From an uncultured Acidobacteriota bacterium (lineage in GTDB: Bacteria; Acidobacteriota; Vicinamibacteria; Vicinamibacterales; CAVVIG01), in NCBI GenBank assembly GCA_963754955.1, contig CAVWHY010000002.1, positions 14,674-78,673 of the forward strand: a stretch of 64,000 nucleotides of DNA. Direction: 5' to 3'. Below the pieces are notes generated by a model. It had not been told where the DNA came from. It was given only the letters and a program-made list of their open reading frames with translations, and ran no database searches. The translations under genes and the position numbers were made by a program. Positions 39,419 through 50,293 of this stretch are shown piece after piece (position 1 is the stretch's first letter; the number at the start of each line of letters is the position of its first letter).

Positions 39419-40052
39419 GATCCACGTCTGGTCCGACGTCGTCTGCCCCTGGTGCTACGTGGGGAAGCGCCGCTTCGAGCGGGCTCTCGACGGCTTTGCC
39501 CACCGGGACCAGGTCCAGGTGACGCATCGCGCGTTCCAGCTCGACCCGGCGCGGCCGCGCGGCGAAACGGCGAGCCGTCGCGCCATGCTGATGTCGAAAT
39601 ACCACCGCACCGCCGCCGAAGTCCTCGAGATGGATCGCCAGATGGAAGCGCTCGCGGCCGCCGAAGGCCTCGAGTATCACCTGACCGACGCGAACCTGAC
39701 CGGCAATACGCTGGACGCTCACCGGTTGCTGCACCTCGCCGGAACGCGCGGCCTGCGGGACGCGGTCCTCGAACGGCTCTACCGCGCGTACTTCACCGAG
39801 CAGCGGTCGATCTTCGACGTCGAGTCGCTCGTGATGCTCGGAGCCGAGACGGGGCTTGACGCGGACGAGGCTCGCCGGGCGCTCGACAGCGGCGCGTTCG
39901 GCGAGGCCGTTGCCGAGGATCTCAGAGAAGCGAAGTCTCTCGGCATCACCGGCGTTCCCTTCTTCGTCATTGATGGCCGCTATGGAATCTCCGGCGCACA
40001 GCAGACCGACGTGTTCGGTCAGGCCCTCGCACGTGTCTGGGAAGAACAATGA
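39417..40052 (+). CDS. DsbA-family (FrnE-like) thiol:disulfide oxidoreductase; start codon unresolved
   Basis: Homology begins KIHVWSDVVCPWCYVGKRRFERAL (CPWC at 39444-39455), upstream of the first callable start (GTG 39459). The frame is open only from 39405 and has no ATG/GTG/TTG there. C-terminus ..GITGVPFFVIDGRYGISGAQ.. Confidence 0.75.
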   Translation, partial: KIHVWSDVVCPWCYVGKRRFERALDGFAHRDQVQVTHRAFQLDPARPRGETASRRAMLMSKYHRTAAEVLEMDRQMEALAAAEGLEYHLTDANLTGNTLDAHRLLHLAGTRGLRDAVLERLYRAYFTEQRSIFDVESLVMLGAETGLDADEARRALDSGAFGEAVAEDLREAKSLGITGVPFFVIDGRYGISGAQQTDVFGQALARVWEEQ

Positions 40053-41515
40053 GATCGATGAACCGGAAAGAATTTCTCGGCGTGGTGACACGGGGCGCCG
40101 TGGCGTTCGGGGCGACGGCGCTCCCATGGGCGCGGCTCCGCGCAGAGTCGCCGGGCCCTGTCATGGCGACGCTCAGCGCTTACATGGCGGCTGCCGCGGC
40201 GCGGACGCTCCCTGCCGGAGGTCGTGGAGGTGACCAAGCACCACATCCTGGATACGTTCGCCGCGATGATCTCCGGATCGGAACTGCCGCCCGGCCGGGC
40301 GGCCATCGCGCTCGCGCGTGCAGTTGCGGGCGACACCACGGGAACCGTTGCGGGCTCACGCGTCCTCTGCGGTCCGCTCGACGCGGCGCTCGCCAACGGC
40401 GTGCATGGCGCACGCCGACGAAACGGACGATTCGCACGGCCCCTCGCAATCGCATCCGGGTTCGGCTGTCGTGCCGGCGGCGCTGGCGGCCGCCGAGCAG
40501 TTCGGCGCCGACGGCGCCGCGCTTCATCCGCGCCGTCGCGCTGGGCTACGACATCGGCCCGCGGGTGACGATGGCGCTCGGCGGCGTGAGGTTCCGGACC
40601 GAGAGCCACCGCAGCACGCACAGCATCGCCGGCACGTTCGGCGCCTCGGCGGCTGCGGGATGTGTCGCGCGCCTGAACGCGCAGCAGATGCGCTGGCTGC
40701 TCGACTACGCCGCCCAGCAGGCTTCCGGCTTCGCGGCGTGGGAACGCGACACGGATCACATCGAGAAAGGGTTCGTGTTCGCCGGGATGCCGGCCCGCAA
40801 CGGCGTCACGGCCGCTCTTGTCGTCAGCCTGAAGCTGGAGCGGCGTCGACGACGTGTTCTCGGGCGAAGACAACTTCTTCGAGGCGATGTCGCCGGCAGG
40901 CCAATCCCGCGACGCTCGTCGAGCGGCTGGGCGAGCGGTACGAGGTGACGCGGACCGACATCAAGAAATGGACCGTGGGTTCCCCTATCCAGGCGCCGCT
41001 CGACGCGCTGGACAACCTTCTGCGCCGTCGTCCGCTCGACGCCGATCAGGTGCAGCGCGTCGTCGTCCGCCTTGCGTCCAGCGCCGGCGCGGTCGTGAAC
41101 AACCGCGAGATGCCGGACATCTGCCTGCAGCACATGATCGCGGTGATGCTCCTCGACAAGACCGCGTCGTTCGCGGCCGCGCACGACAAGCCGCGGATGC
41201 AGGCTCCCGCGGTTCTCAAGCAGCGCGCGAAGGTCGAACTGGTGCTGGACGAGGAACTCGAGCGCCTGATGCCGCAGCGGCAGGCGATCGTCGAGGTCAC
41301 GTTGACCGACGGCATCGCGGCTCACCGAGCGCGTCGAAGCCGTGCGGGGCACCGCGGCGAACCCGATGAGCCGTGAGGAAGTCGTCCGCAAGTGCCGCGA
41401 CCTGACCGCGCCCGTCCTGGGCCCGGCCGTGGCCGATCGGCTGATCCAGACGGTGCTGACGCTCGAGCAGATCACCGACATCCGCTCGCTCCGGCCGCTC
41501 CTCCAACGCGAGTAG
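40049..41515 (+). pseudogene. MmgE/PrpD-family protein with Tat-like signal; six +1 frame shifts as sequenced
   Basis: Segments: MNRKEFLGVVTRGAVAFGATALPWA.. / EVTKHHILDTFAAMISGS.. / MAHADETDDSHGPSQSHPGSAVVPAAL.. / IRAVALGYDIGPRV..STHSIAGTFGA.. / ..DIKKWTVGSPIQAPLDAL.. / ..RGTAANPMSREEVVRKCRDL... The frame path is 2>0>1>2>0>1>2. Confidence 0.75.
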
Positions 41516-41516
41516 C

Positions 41517-41566
41517 GCAGGCCTTCAGGTCTGCTGGTCCGGCAGGCCTGAAGGCCTGCACTACTT
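41517..41566 (+). repeat. REP-like twin hairpin (TTCA/TGAA loops), family B copy 1
   Basis: gcaggcc-ttca-ggtctgc, then GTCCGGCAGGCCTGAAGGCCTGCACTACTT. The 30-mer recurs at 56541-56570 with 1 mismatch. Confidence 0.75.
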
Positions 41567-41578
41567 CTGTCGCCCCCG

Positions 41579-41620
41579 CGACTGCCGACTGCTGACTGTC
41601 GACTGCCGACTGGTTACTGT
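41579..41620 (+). repeat. Single-arm heptamer array (CGACTGC-type x6)
   Basis: cgactgc cgactgc tgactgt cgactgc cgactgg ttactgt. It ends 17 nt before GTG 41638. Confidence 0.8.
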
Positions 41621-41637
41621 GATACAAGTCGCTGGTT

Positions 41638-42833
41638 GTGAGTCCCACCGCCAGAACGCTGGCTGTAGTCTGTGCGCTGGCCGGGCTTGCGGCGATGGTT
41701 GCCGCCGCCTACGTGCACTATCACCTGATCTTCGATCCGCGCTACGCCTCGTTCTGCGACATCAACACGACGGTCAGCTGCACGCAGGTGTACCTGAGCC
41801 GGTACAGCACCGTGGCCGGCGTTCCCGTCGCGATCTACGGGATCATCTTCTTTGCCGGCGTGCTCCTGCTGCTCCTGGCTGGTTCGGTCGGGCCGCAGGC
41901 GATGCGCGAAAACGTGCCCGGGTATCTGTTCGCCCTGTCCACGGCCGGACTCGCCGTGGTTCTCTACCTCGGCTACATCTCCATAGCCGTTCTCAAGGCA
42001 TACTGCGTCTTGTGCCTGACCAGCGACGCCGCGGTGGTCGGGTTGTTCCTGGTGTCCGGCGCTGCCACTTCCTTTCCCATGACGACATTACCCCGACGAG
42101 CTGTCACCGATCTGCGCGCCTGGATTTCGAGCCCGATCGCCATCGCGGTCACCGTGCTGTTCTTCGGCGGCGCGGCGTCGGCCGTGGCGTTCTTCCCGCG
42201 AGAGAGTGCGGCGCCCGCGTTGGCCGGACAGGCGGCGCCGCCCCAGGATCCGCGGTCCGAGTTCGAACGCTGGTACGCGGCCCAGCCGCGCGTCCCGATC
42301 ATCGTGCCCAGCGAGGGCGCGAAGGTGCTGATCGTCGACTTCAGCGACTTCCAGTGCCCGTACTGCCGGCAGGCGTTCGTGTCGCTCAAGCCGATCATCG
42401 CCAAGTACAACGCGCAGGCGCCGAACACCGTTCGGCTCGTGCTGAAGGACTATCCGCTCGAGTCGGAGTGCAACCCCAACGTGCAGGGCGGCGGACCGCA
42501 CCCGTCGGCCTGCGAGGCCGCGGTCGCCGTCCGGCTGGCCCGCGGGCACAACCGGGAAGATGCGATGGAGGAGTGGCTGTTCTCCAACCAGGAGGGCATG
42601 ACGCCCGACACCGTGCAAGAAGGCGGCGCGCGAGGTTGGACAGGTCACGGATTTCGATGCGAAGTACGCGTCGCTGCTGGACCTCGTCAAGGGCGACATC
42701 GCGTTCGGCAAGACGCTCGGCGTCCAGGCGACGCCGACCCTCTTCATCAACGGCGTGAAGATCGCCGGGGTGCTCGCCCCCCAGTATCTCGACCAGGCGA
42801 TCACCGATCGAGCTACAGCGCGCGGCCAAATGA
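41638..42833 (+). CDS. VKOR (vitamin K epoxide reductase homologue) fused to a DsbA/thioredoxin domain; two extra bases
   Basis: N-terminal TM domain with loop Cys pair (SFCDINTTVSC) and CVLC; C-terminal ..VDFSDFQCPYCRQA..ATPTLFINGVKI... Shifts at about 42617 and about 42808. Alternative stop at 42850 if there is only one shift. Confidence 0.8.
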
Positions 42834-42902
42834 CCGATATATTCAGGTGAGGAGTGGTCCGCGCGTCGGCGGACCCATGGGGCCAGGCCGCCCTCGAGAC
42901 GA

Positions 42903-43844
42903 TTGACACCCGCGATCGAAACCATCGAGCTGACCAAGGACTACGCCGTTGGCTTCTGGCGGAAGCGGCCCCGGCGTGTCCTCGATCGCCTGTCGTTGAC
43001 GGTCGAACCCGGCGAGGTGTTCGGCTTTCTCGGGCCGAACGGCGCCGGCAAGACGACCACGCTCAAGCTGCTGCTGCAGCTCGTGTTTCCCACCTCCGGC
43101 GAGGCGCGCATCCTCGGACGCCCGGCCGGCGACCTCGACGCCAAACGCCGCTTCGGCTATCTGCCGGAGCAGCCCTACTTCTACGATCACCTGACGGCCG
43201 AAGAGCTGCTCACCTACTACGCCGGGTTGTTCGGCATCGGTGCGGCCGACCGGCGCCAGCGCGTCGGCTCGCTGCTCGACGATGTGGGCATCGGCCGTGA
43301 GCGCCGCGACCCGCTGCGCAAGTTTCCAAGGGCATGCTGCAGCGCGTGGGTATCGCCCAGGCGCTCATCAACGAGCCCGAGCTCGTGATCCTCGACGAGC
43401 CGATGTCGGGGCTCGACCCGCTCGGCCGCCGCGACGTCCGCGCGCTCATCCTGCGGCTGCGCGACCGCGGGTGCACCGTGTTTTTCAGCTCGCACGTCCT
43501 GAGCGACGCGGAGGCGCTGTGCAGCCGGGTCGCGATCCTCGCGAAGGGCCGGCTGGTCGCCAGCGGCCTGCTGAGCGAGATGCTGGCCTTCAGCGTCCAC
43601 GGCTGGGAACTGGTCGTCGCCGACCTGCGCGACGATGCCATCGCGAAGCTGCGCGCGCGCGTGCGGAGCGCCGTCGCCATCGGCGGCGGACGGTTTCAGC
43701 TCGAGCTGCCGCTCGAAACGCCGCCCGAACAGTTGCTGGCCGAAATCGTCGTCGGCCGGCGGGCGGCTGGTGTCGCTCAACCCGATCCGGGAAACGCTCG
43801 AGGAGCTCTTCATCGAGCGCGTCGGCGGGGCCGCAGCGTCATGA
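42903..43844 (+). CDS. ABC transporter ATP-binding protein (PilH-like position); two compensating shifts
   Basis: TTG start; Walker [11 protein letters not shown]; signature [14 protein letters not shown]; Walker B LVILDEP. One missing base at about 43323 (T-run) and one extra base at about 43750. Confidence 0.82.
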
Positions 43845-44650
43845 GAACCCTCGGCTGGATCGCGATGAACGGCTTCCGCGAGTCGGTGCGCGACAAGGTG
43901 CTGTACAACCTCGTCGCGTTCGCGATTCTGCTGATGGGCACCTCGTACCTGCTGGGACAGCTGACGGCCGGCCAGGATCTGAAGATCATGAAGGACCTCG
44001 GCCTGTCGGCGATGGCCGTGTTCGGCCTGTTCATGGCCGTCTTCATCGGCATCGGCCTGGTCTCGAAGGAAGTGGAGCGGCGGAGCATCTACAACCTGAT
44101 GGCCAAGCCGATCCGGCGCCATCAGATCGTGCTCGGCAAGTACGCCGGCCTCGTCGTGACGCTCACGGTCAACGTCGTGATCATGACCGCGGCGCTCTAC
44201 CTGGTGCTCGGCTACGTCGGCTGGGGCGAGAACGAGTTCGCGAAGGCCGCCCGTGAGGCGCCCGCGCTCGATCCCGCGCTCCTCAAGGCGGTCGTGCTGA
44301 TCCTCGTGCAGTTGATGATCGTCACCGCGATCGCGACGTTCTTCTCGACGTTCTCGACGCCGATTCTCTCGGCCGCGCTGACCTTCGGGTTCTACGTGGC
44401 GGGCTATTTCAGCGCGGACCTCCGCAACTTCGACCAGGTCGTGGATTCGAAGGTCGGTGCAGTGGTTGGCGCGCGGCGCTTGTATTACGTGCTGCCGAAC
44501 CTCGCGCCGTTCGACGTGACCGCGCAGGTGGTCCACGGCCTGCCCGTGACGTTCGGCTACATGGCCGTGACGATCGGCTACGGGCTCGTCTACATCGCGA
44601 TGCTGCTCATCGGCGGCGCGTTGATCTTCTCGCGGCGGGACTTCAAATGA
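43841..44650 (+). CDS. ABC-2 type transporter permease (PilI-like position)
   Basis: The ATG overlaps the ATPase stop (ATGA). 269 aa, 6 TM, ..FRESVRDKVLYNLVAFAILLM.. Confidence 0.8.
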   Translation: MRTLGWIAMNGFRESVRDKVLYNLVAFAILLMGTSYLLGQLTAGQDLKIMKDLGLSAMAVFGLFMAVFIGIGLVSKEVERRSIYNLMAKPIRRHQIVLGKYAGLVVTLTVNVVIMTAALYLVLGYVGWGENEFAKAAREAPALDPALLKAVVLILVQLMIVTAIATFFSTFSTPILSAALTFGFYVAGYFSADLRNFDQVVDSKVGAVVGARRLYYVLPNLAPFDVTAQVVHGLPVTFGYMAVTIGYGLVYIAMLLIGGALIFSRRDFK

Positions 44651-45607
44651 CGCGAACGCCTCCGGGCGCCGATCGCGTCCGGGCTGGCCGCCGTGTTCGT
44701 GCTGTTTGCCGCGGCGGTCGTGGCTGCAGACGCTGCGGGACGGACGCTTTGCGCTCGAGACGAGCGACGAGGAAACGCTCTACCTGTCGCAGCGGGCGAC
44801 GGGGCGCGTCGTGTTCGCGCAGCGTTCGCTGGCGTCTGATCTGTACTGGATACGGGCGATTCAGTACTACGGCGGGCGGACGAAAGACGCCAAGGATCGA
44901 TTCTCGGACGCGCTCGAACCGCCGCCGGCCCTCGCCGCCAAGGCGCCGGTCACCTTCGATCTCCTGTACCCGCTGCTCGACATCGCGACCACGCTCGATC
45001 CGCGGTTCAACATCGCGTATCGGTTCGGCGCCATCTTCCTGTCCGAGACCTATCCGCATGGGCCCGGACGGCCCGACCACGCCGTCGAGCTCCTCGAGAA
45101 GGGCCTGCGGGCGATGCCCGACAAGTGGCAGTACTACCAGGACATCGGGTTCGTGTATTACTGGAACGTCCACGACTACCGCCGCGCCGCCGAGGCGTTC
45201 AAGCGCGGCGCCGAGGTCGCCGGGCGCCCCGTGGTGGATGCAGTCGCTCGCCGCGACGACGCTCGGCAAGGGCGGCGACCGCGGCGGCATCGCGCCTGCT
45301 GTGGAAGCAGATCTACGAGACGGCCAACAACGATTTCGCGCGCAACGCCGCGCGCACGAAGCTGCAGCAGCTCGACGCGATCGAGATCATCGAACGCCTG
45401 CAGCAGGCGGTCGACGCCGTCGTCAGCCGGTCCGGCGGACAGGTGACCGACTGGGGACCGCTGATCAGGGCCGGTACGATACCGGGCGTCCCGCTCGATC
45501 CGGCCGGCGTCCCGTACGAGCTGTCGTCCTCCTCGCGCGTCGAACTGTCTCCACGCTCGCCGCTCTTCCCGCTGCCGATCGAGCCCGGCGCGCGGAGCGG
45601 CGCGTGA
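44647..45607 (+). pseudogene. Membrane-anchored hypothetical protein (helical/TPR-like), about 4 +1 shifts
   Basis: Pieces: ..IASGLAAVFVLFAAAVV / WLQTLRDGRFALETSDEETLYLS..LYWIRAIQYYGG..YQDIGFVYYWN.HDYRRAAEAFKRGAEV / APWWMQSLAATTLGKGGDR / ASRLLWKQIYETANNDFARNAARTKLQQL... Start uncertain. Confidence 0.45.
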
Positions 45608-46387
45608 GCGACGCCGCGCTCGTCTCTCGAAGCGGCCTACGTCACGCTGCTCGGCCTGATGCTCGGCAGCTTCATGAACGTCTGCATCTATCGGCTGCCG
45701 CGCGGGCTCTCGCCCGTCCGGCCGCGTTCGGGCTGCCCGAAGTGCGGCCACATGCTCGCGTGGTACGAGAACGTCCCGATCGTGAGCTACCTCGTGCTGC
45801 GGGGACGATGCCGCAAGTGCCGCACGCCCATCTCACCGATGTACCCGATCGTGGAGTTCATCACCGGCGCGGTGTTCCTCGCCGGCTACCTGTGGTTCGG
45901 GCCGCGGCGTCTGCTCCTGATCGCGCGGCTGACGTTCGCCTGGGCGTTGATCGCGCTCTTCATCATCGATTTCGAGCATCAGATCCTGCCCAACGTCATC
46001 ACGCTCCCGGGCATCGTCGTCGGCATCCTGTTCAACCTGATCGGCGCGGGGCCCGGCTGGGTGGACTCGATCATCGGCGCCGCCGCCGGGGCGGGCGGCC
46101 TCTACCTGATCGCCGAGATCTACTATCGCGTCCGCCACGAGGAAGGGCTCGGCATGGGCGACGTCAAGATGCTGGGCATGATCGGCGCGTTTCTCGGGTG
46201 GAAGCCGATGGTGCTGACGCTCGTCCTCTCGTCGTTTCTCGGCTCGATCGTCGGCGTGTTCGTGCTCGTTTCGCGGAAGGAGTCGCTCAAGTACGCGATG
46301 CCGTTCGGCACGTTCCTCGCCGTCGGCGCGTTCATTGCCGCCGTGGCCGGCGACGCCATCCTCGACTGGTATCTCGGATTCTTCTGA
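45604..46387 (+). CDS. pilD: Prepilin peptidase / N-methyltransferase (A24 family), one extra base about 45628
   Basis: ..LGSFMNVCIYRLP..CPKCGH..CRKCR.. (Zn motif), ..GMGDVKMLGMIGAFLGW..PFG.FL. The GTG at 45604 overlaps the upstream stop. Length 784 = 3n+1. The intact track ORF is 45659-46387. Confidence 0.85.
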
Positions 46388-46393
46388 GGCTCC

Positions 46394-47669
46394 ATGACGC
46401 CTGCCGGCCAGCTGTTTCTGGGCCTGACCGCGATCGTGACGGTCCTCGTCGCCGTCATGACGTTCGCCGTGCTGAAGTTCTTCACGGCGGCGCGCGACAC
46501 GCGGGGCCGGATGAGAGACGGCGGCATGGAGACCGCGCTCCTGTCGGCGGCCCTGCAGGACGCGGTCACCAAGCTGAAGGCGCAGGAGCGCGCGATGACG
46601 CTGCGCGCCGAGGCCTCCGAGCGGCTCAGCGACGAGATCATCGCCAACCTGACCGCCGGCCTGCTGATGGTCAACCGATCGGGCGAAGTGCAGATCGTCA
46701 ATCCCGGTCGGCCGGCGCCTGCTCAATCTGCACGACGGCCCGCACCGCGGCGTCCACTACCGGCAGCTGCTGGCGCACGCGGAGCCCCTGGCCGCAATCA
46801 TCGAGCAGTGCCTCAGCACGGGGCGCACGATGATCCGCCGCGCGGTCGAGTTGCCGGCGGCCACGGCGCCCTCGCTGCACCTGGGCCTCAGCGTGTCGCC
46901 GCTCGGCGACGAGTCGTCCGCGCCGCACGGCGTGATTTGCCTCTTCACGGATCTCTCGGCGGTCGTGGCGCTCGAGGAGCAGGTGCGGCTCAAGGACAGC
47001 CTGGCGAGGGTCGGTGAGCTGACGGCCGGCATCGCGCACGAGTTTCGCAACGGGCTGGCCACCATCCACGGCTACAGCCGCCTGCTGAACCTCGACGCGC
47101 TGCCCGGAGCAGTTCCGCCCGTACGTCGAAGGCATTCGCGCCGAGACCGAATCGATGCGCGAGGTCGTGACGAACTTCCTGAACTTCGCGAAGCCCGATC
47201 AGCCGACGCTGTCGCCGGTCGATCTCGGCGCCATCGCCGAGCGCGCGGCCGACGACCTGCGCGCCGACGCGCGCGCGCTGGCCGGCGACATCCGCGTGCG
47301 AAGGCGAGTTCGCGACGATCGAAGGCGACGACGTGCTGCTCCGGCAGGCGTTCAGCAACCTGCTGCGGAACGCCATCGAGGCCTGTGCGGCGGCGGCGAC
47401 TGCGCCGTCGGTGTCGGTTGAGGCGCAGATCGATCGCGCGCAGGGCGTCTGCACGATCTCGGTCCGCGACAACGGACCGGGCTTTCCCGAACACATGCGC
47501 GATCGCGTGTTTCACCCGTTCTTCACGACGAAGGCGCAGGGCACGGGTCTCGGCCTGGCGCTGGTGCAGAAGATCGTCGTCACGCACAACGGGCGCGTCG
47601 TCGGCCGGCAGCGATCCGGAAGGTGGCGGTCGCATCACGATCGTGCTTCCAGTCACGGATCAGACCTAG
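46394..47669 (+). pseudogene. Sensor histidine kinase (TM, PAS-like, HisKA, HATPase_c), four +1 shifts
   Basis: Segments in frame path 2>0>1>2>0: ..LKAQERAMTLRAEASERLSDEIIANLTAGLLMVN.. / ..ELTAGIAHEFRNGLATIHGYSRLL.. / ..MREVVTNFLNFAKP.. / ..NLLRNAIEA..VRDNGPGFP..HPFFTTKAQGTGLGLALV. Confidence 0.78.
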
Positions 47670-47809
47670 CCTCTATCGCCAGGCGGCCCTGCAGTTTCTG
47701 CCACCCTGCCCGCAGGGGATACTGCAGCCCCTGCAGCGGTCTCGATCTCCTAGCCGGCCCTCATCGCGAAATCGTTCGAGTTTCCACGTCCATGCACCGG
47801 TGCTCGGCC

Positions 47810-47825
47810 TGGAGCGCGCGTTGCA
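47810..47825 (+). promoter_or_regulatory. Possible sigma54 promoter upstream of the minor-pilin genes
   Basis: TGGAGC-gcgcg-TTGCA has correct GG/GC spacing but lies only 14 nt before ATG 47839, which would give a near-leaderless mRNA. Weak call. Confidence 0.3.
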
Positions 47826-47838
47826 CTTCCTGCCGGAC

Positions 47839-48259
47839 ATGGCGACGAAGACTACATCCGGCATTCTCAAGAGCGAACGCGGCTTCTCGCTGCTCGAAGT
47901 CGTGATCGCCGCTGGCCTGGTCGCCGGCGCGTTTGCAGCGCTCGCGCAGGTGCTCGCGATGTCCCTTGCCAGCAACGTGTCGGCGCGCAGCGGTTCGACG
48001 GCGACGGTGCTGGCCGTGCAGAAGATGGAACAGCTGCGCGCGTTGCCCTGGGGCCCACGCGCACCGGGCGTGGACTACTTCGATCTCGCCGGAAACGTGC
48101 TGGGTGAGAGCGGTGCCGGCCCGCCCGGAACGGTGTACGTTCGCCGCTGGTCTGTTGACCGTTCAGGCGACGAAGACGAGGTCGTTCTGCAGGTCCGGTG
48201 TGACGGGCGGACACAACGGCGCGCGCCTGGTCACCACCCGGAGGAGGCAGGCGCCATGA
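47839..48259 (+). CDS. Minor (pseudo)pilin, PilV/GspI-like, one extra base about 48201
   Basis: ..KSERG|FSLLEVVIAAGLVAGAFAAL prepilin-type N-terminal methylation motif. Length 421 = 3n+1. Confidence 0.75.
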
Positions 48260-49438
48260 GGCCGGCCTGGCGGAGCCAGGCGGGGTTCTCCCTGCTCGAG
48301 GCGCTCATCGCCACGACGATTACCGTGGCGGTCACGGCCGGCGTGTTCGCCGTCGTGGGTTCCTCGCAGGGAATCGCTGACACGCAGCCTGAGTTTGCCG
48401 ACATGCAGCAGCGGCTGCCGTGCGGCGTCGACGTGCTGCGGCACGATCTCCTCATGGCCGGCGCGGGCGCGTACACGGGTCGCGCGAGCGGAGGCCTCGT
48501 GGCGCAGTTCGCACCCGTCCTGCCGTTTCGACGCGGCGCCTCGGCCACGTACGACGATGGAGCGGGGGTCGTTCAACGCAAGTGCGGTCACGATTCTCTA
48601 CGTCCCGTCGACTGCCTCGCAGACGACGATCCGTTTGCCATTGACGGACCCGTCCCGGGCCGATCTCGATTCGGGGCCGGGCTGTCCGCTAGCCGACGCG
48701 GTCTGCGGTTTCCGGCCCGGCGCCGCCGCGGCCGTTTACGACGGCACGGGGGCATTCGACGTGTTCGCGGTGATCAGTGCGGACGCGGCCGGTGCGCTCG
48801 GGCTTCAACAGATGCAGCGCGGAGGAGGAGCGAAGCTATATGCCACCGGCGCGAAGATCGTGGAGGTCGTCAGGCATTCGTACTTCCTCGATGCGCCTGG
48901 CCGCCAGTTGATGCGCTACGACGGCCTCGCGTCCGCAAACGTTGTCCTGGAGAACGTCGTGGGACTGGATTTCGAATATTACGCGGACCCTGCGCCTCCG
49001 GCGTTGGCACACCCGGGCGTTGACCAATCGGTCAGCTACGGGCCTGCGCCACCTGCCCCGCACGTCAGCCAGGCGCCGTGGCCGCCAGGCGAGAACTGCG
49101 CCTGGCGAATGGTCGGTGGAGAGCAGGCGCCCCGCCTGGCGCTGCTCGGTCCGTCCGGGGAGGGCCTTGTCAGATTGACGGCCGCGGAACTCACCGATGG
49201 CCCGTGGTGTCCCGATGCCGCCAGCGACAACCGGTACGATGCCGACCTGTTTCGGATCCGCACTGTTCGTGTCGCGATTCGGCTGCAGACGGGCAACGCG
49301 TGGCTGCGTGCCTCGCTGGCGAGCGGGCGTGGGGCGCTGTTCGCGAACCCCGGCACGGCGAGGAATGCGGCGCGCATGGTCCCCGATCAGTCCATCCGGT
49401 TTGATGTCACCCCGCGGAACATGAATCTGGGCAGGTGA
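48256..49438 (+). CDS. Minor pilin, PilW-like, one extra base about 48565
   Basis: MRPAWRSQAG|FSLLEALIATTITVAV..; C-terminal ..LFRIRTVRVAIRLQTGN... The ATG overlaps the upstream stop. Length 1183 = 3n+1. Confidence 0.72.
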
Positions 49439-49441
49439 GTC

Positions 49442-50221
49442 GTGCGAGTGGAAGACAACGTCAGTGCTGGCGCCGGACACCGGCTCGCCGATGAGCGCGG
49501 GATGGCGCTGCTCGTCGCGCTCATGGCGATCCTCCTCGTGATGGCGCTCGGAACCGCGCTGGTTCTCGCCGCCAGCGTCGAGTCGACGATCACCAGAAAT
49601 TTCCGCAACAGTTCGGAAGCGCTCTACGCCGCCGACGCCGGAGTCGAGCGGGCAGTCGGCGATTTGAACGCGATCGCAGACTGGAATGCCGTCTTGTCCG
49701 GTGCGGCGTCGTCTGCGTTTGCGGATGGTACGCCCACCGGAGTCCGTACCCTGCCGGATGGCCAGCTTATCGACCTGGCCGCGGTCCTCAACCTCGCCAA
49801 CTGCCGGCAGACGAGCCTCTGCTCGACTGCAGCGATGGATGCGGCGACGGCCGACCGTCCGTGGGGCTCGAACAACCCGCGCTGGCAGCCGTTCGCGTGG
49901 GGGCCACTGATTGGCCTGCTGCCGGCTGAGGCAGACGAGCCGCCGTTTTACGTCTTCGTGATGGTCGGCGACGATCCGTCCGAGAACGATGGCGATCCGC
50001 TGGCAGACGGGGCGGTCCCGTGTGCGCCGGGAGAGACAAGCACGTGCAATCCTGGAACCGATCGCCTCGCGCTCCGCGCCGAGGCGTTCGGGCCCTTTGG
50101 CGCTCACGCGATCCTCGAGTTGACGATTGCACGGCGCGGCGCCGGCGAGCGTCCGCCGGACGATGATGACGGCGGGGGTCAGGCAGGCGTACGCGTCCTG
50201 TCCTGGCGCGAGCTGAGATAG
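49442..50221 (+). CDS. PilX-like minor pilin / pilus-associated protein
   Basis: GTG start; ..DERGMALLVALMAILLVMALGTALVLAAS.E..I.RNF... resembles the PilX N-terminal domain. 4 Cys. Confidence 0.65.
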   Translation: MRVEDNVSAGAGHRLADERGMALLVALMAILLVMALGTALVLAASVESTITRNFRNSSEALYAADAGVERAVGDLNAIADWNAVLSGAASSAFADGTPTGVRTLPDGQLIDLAAVLNLANCRQTSLCSTAAMDAATADRPWGSNNPRWQPFAWGPLIGLLPAEADEPPFYVFVMVGDDPSENDGDPLADGAVPCAPGETSTCNPGTDRLALRAEAFGPFGAHAILELTIARRGAGERPPDDDDGGGQAGVRVLSWRELR

Positions 50222-50293
50222 ATCTTGACACCGGCCCTTCGTCAGGGGCGGCCCTCACGTTGGGGAGGGTTCGAGCCGATACGATCTTTCGCC

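Noticed and set aside
47680-47745. Three CTGCAG motifs upstream of the minor-pilin operon, considered as a regulator binding site.
   Set aside because: The motif is a short palindrome in GC-rich DNA with irregular spacing. It cannot be separated from chance without binding data. It is mentioned only in the context of the second two-component system.
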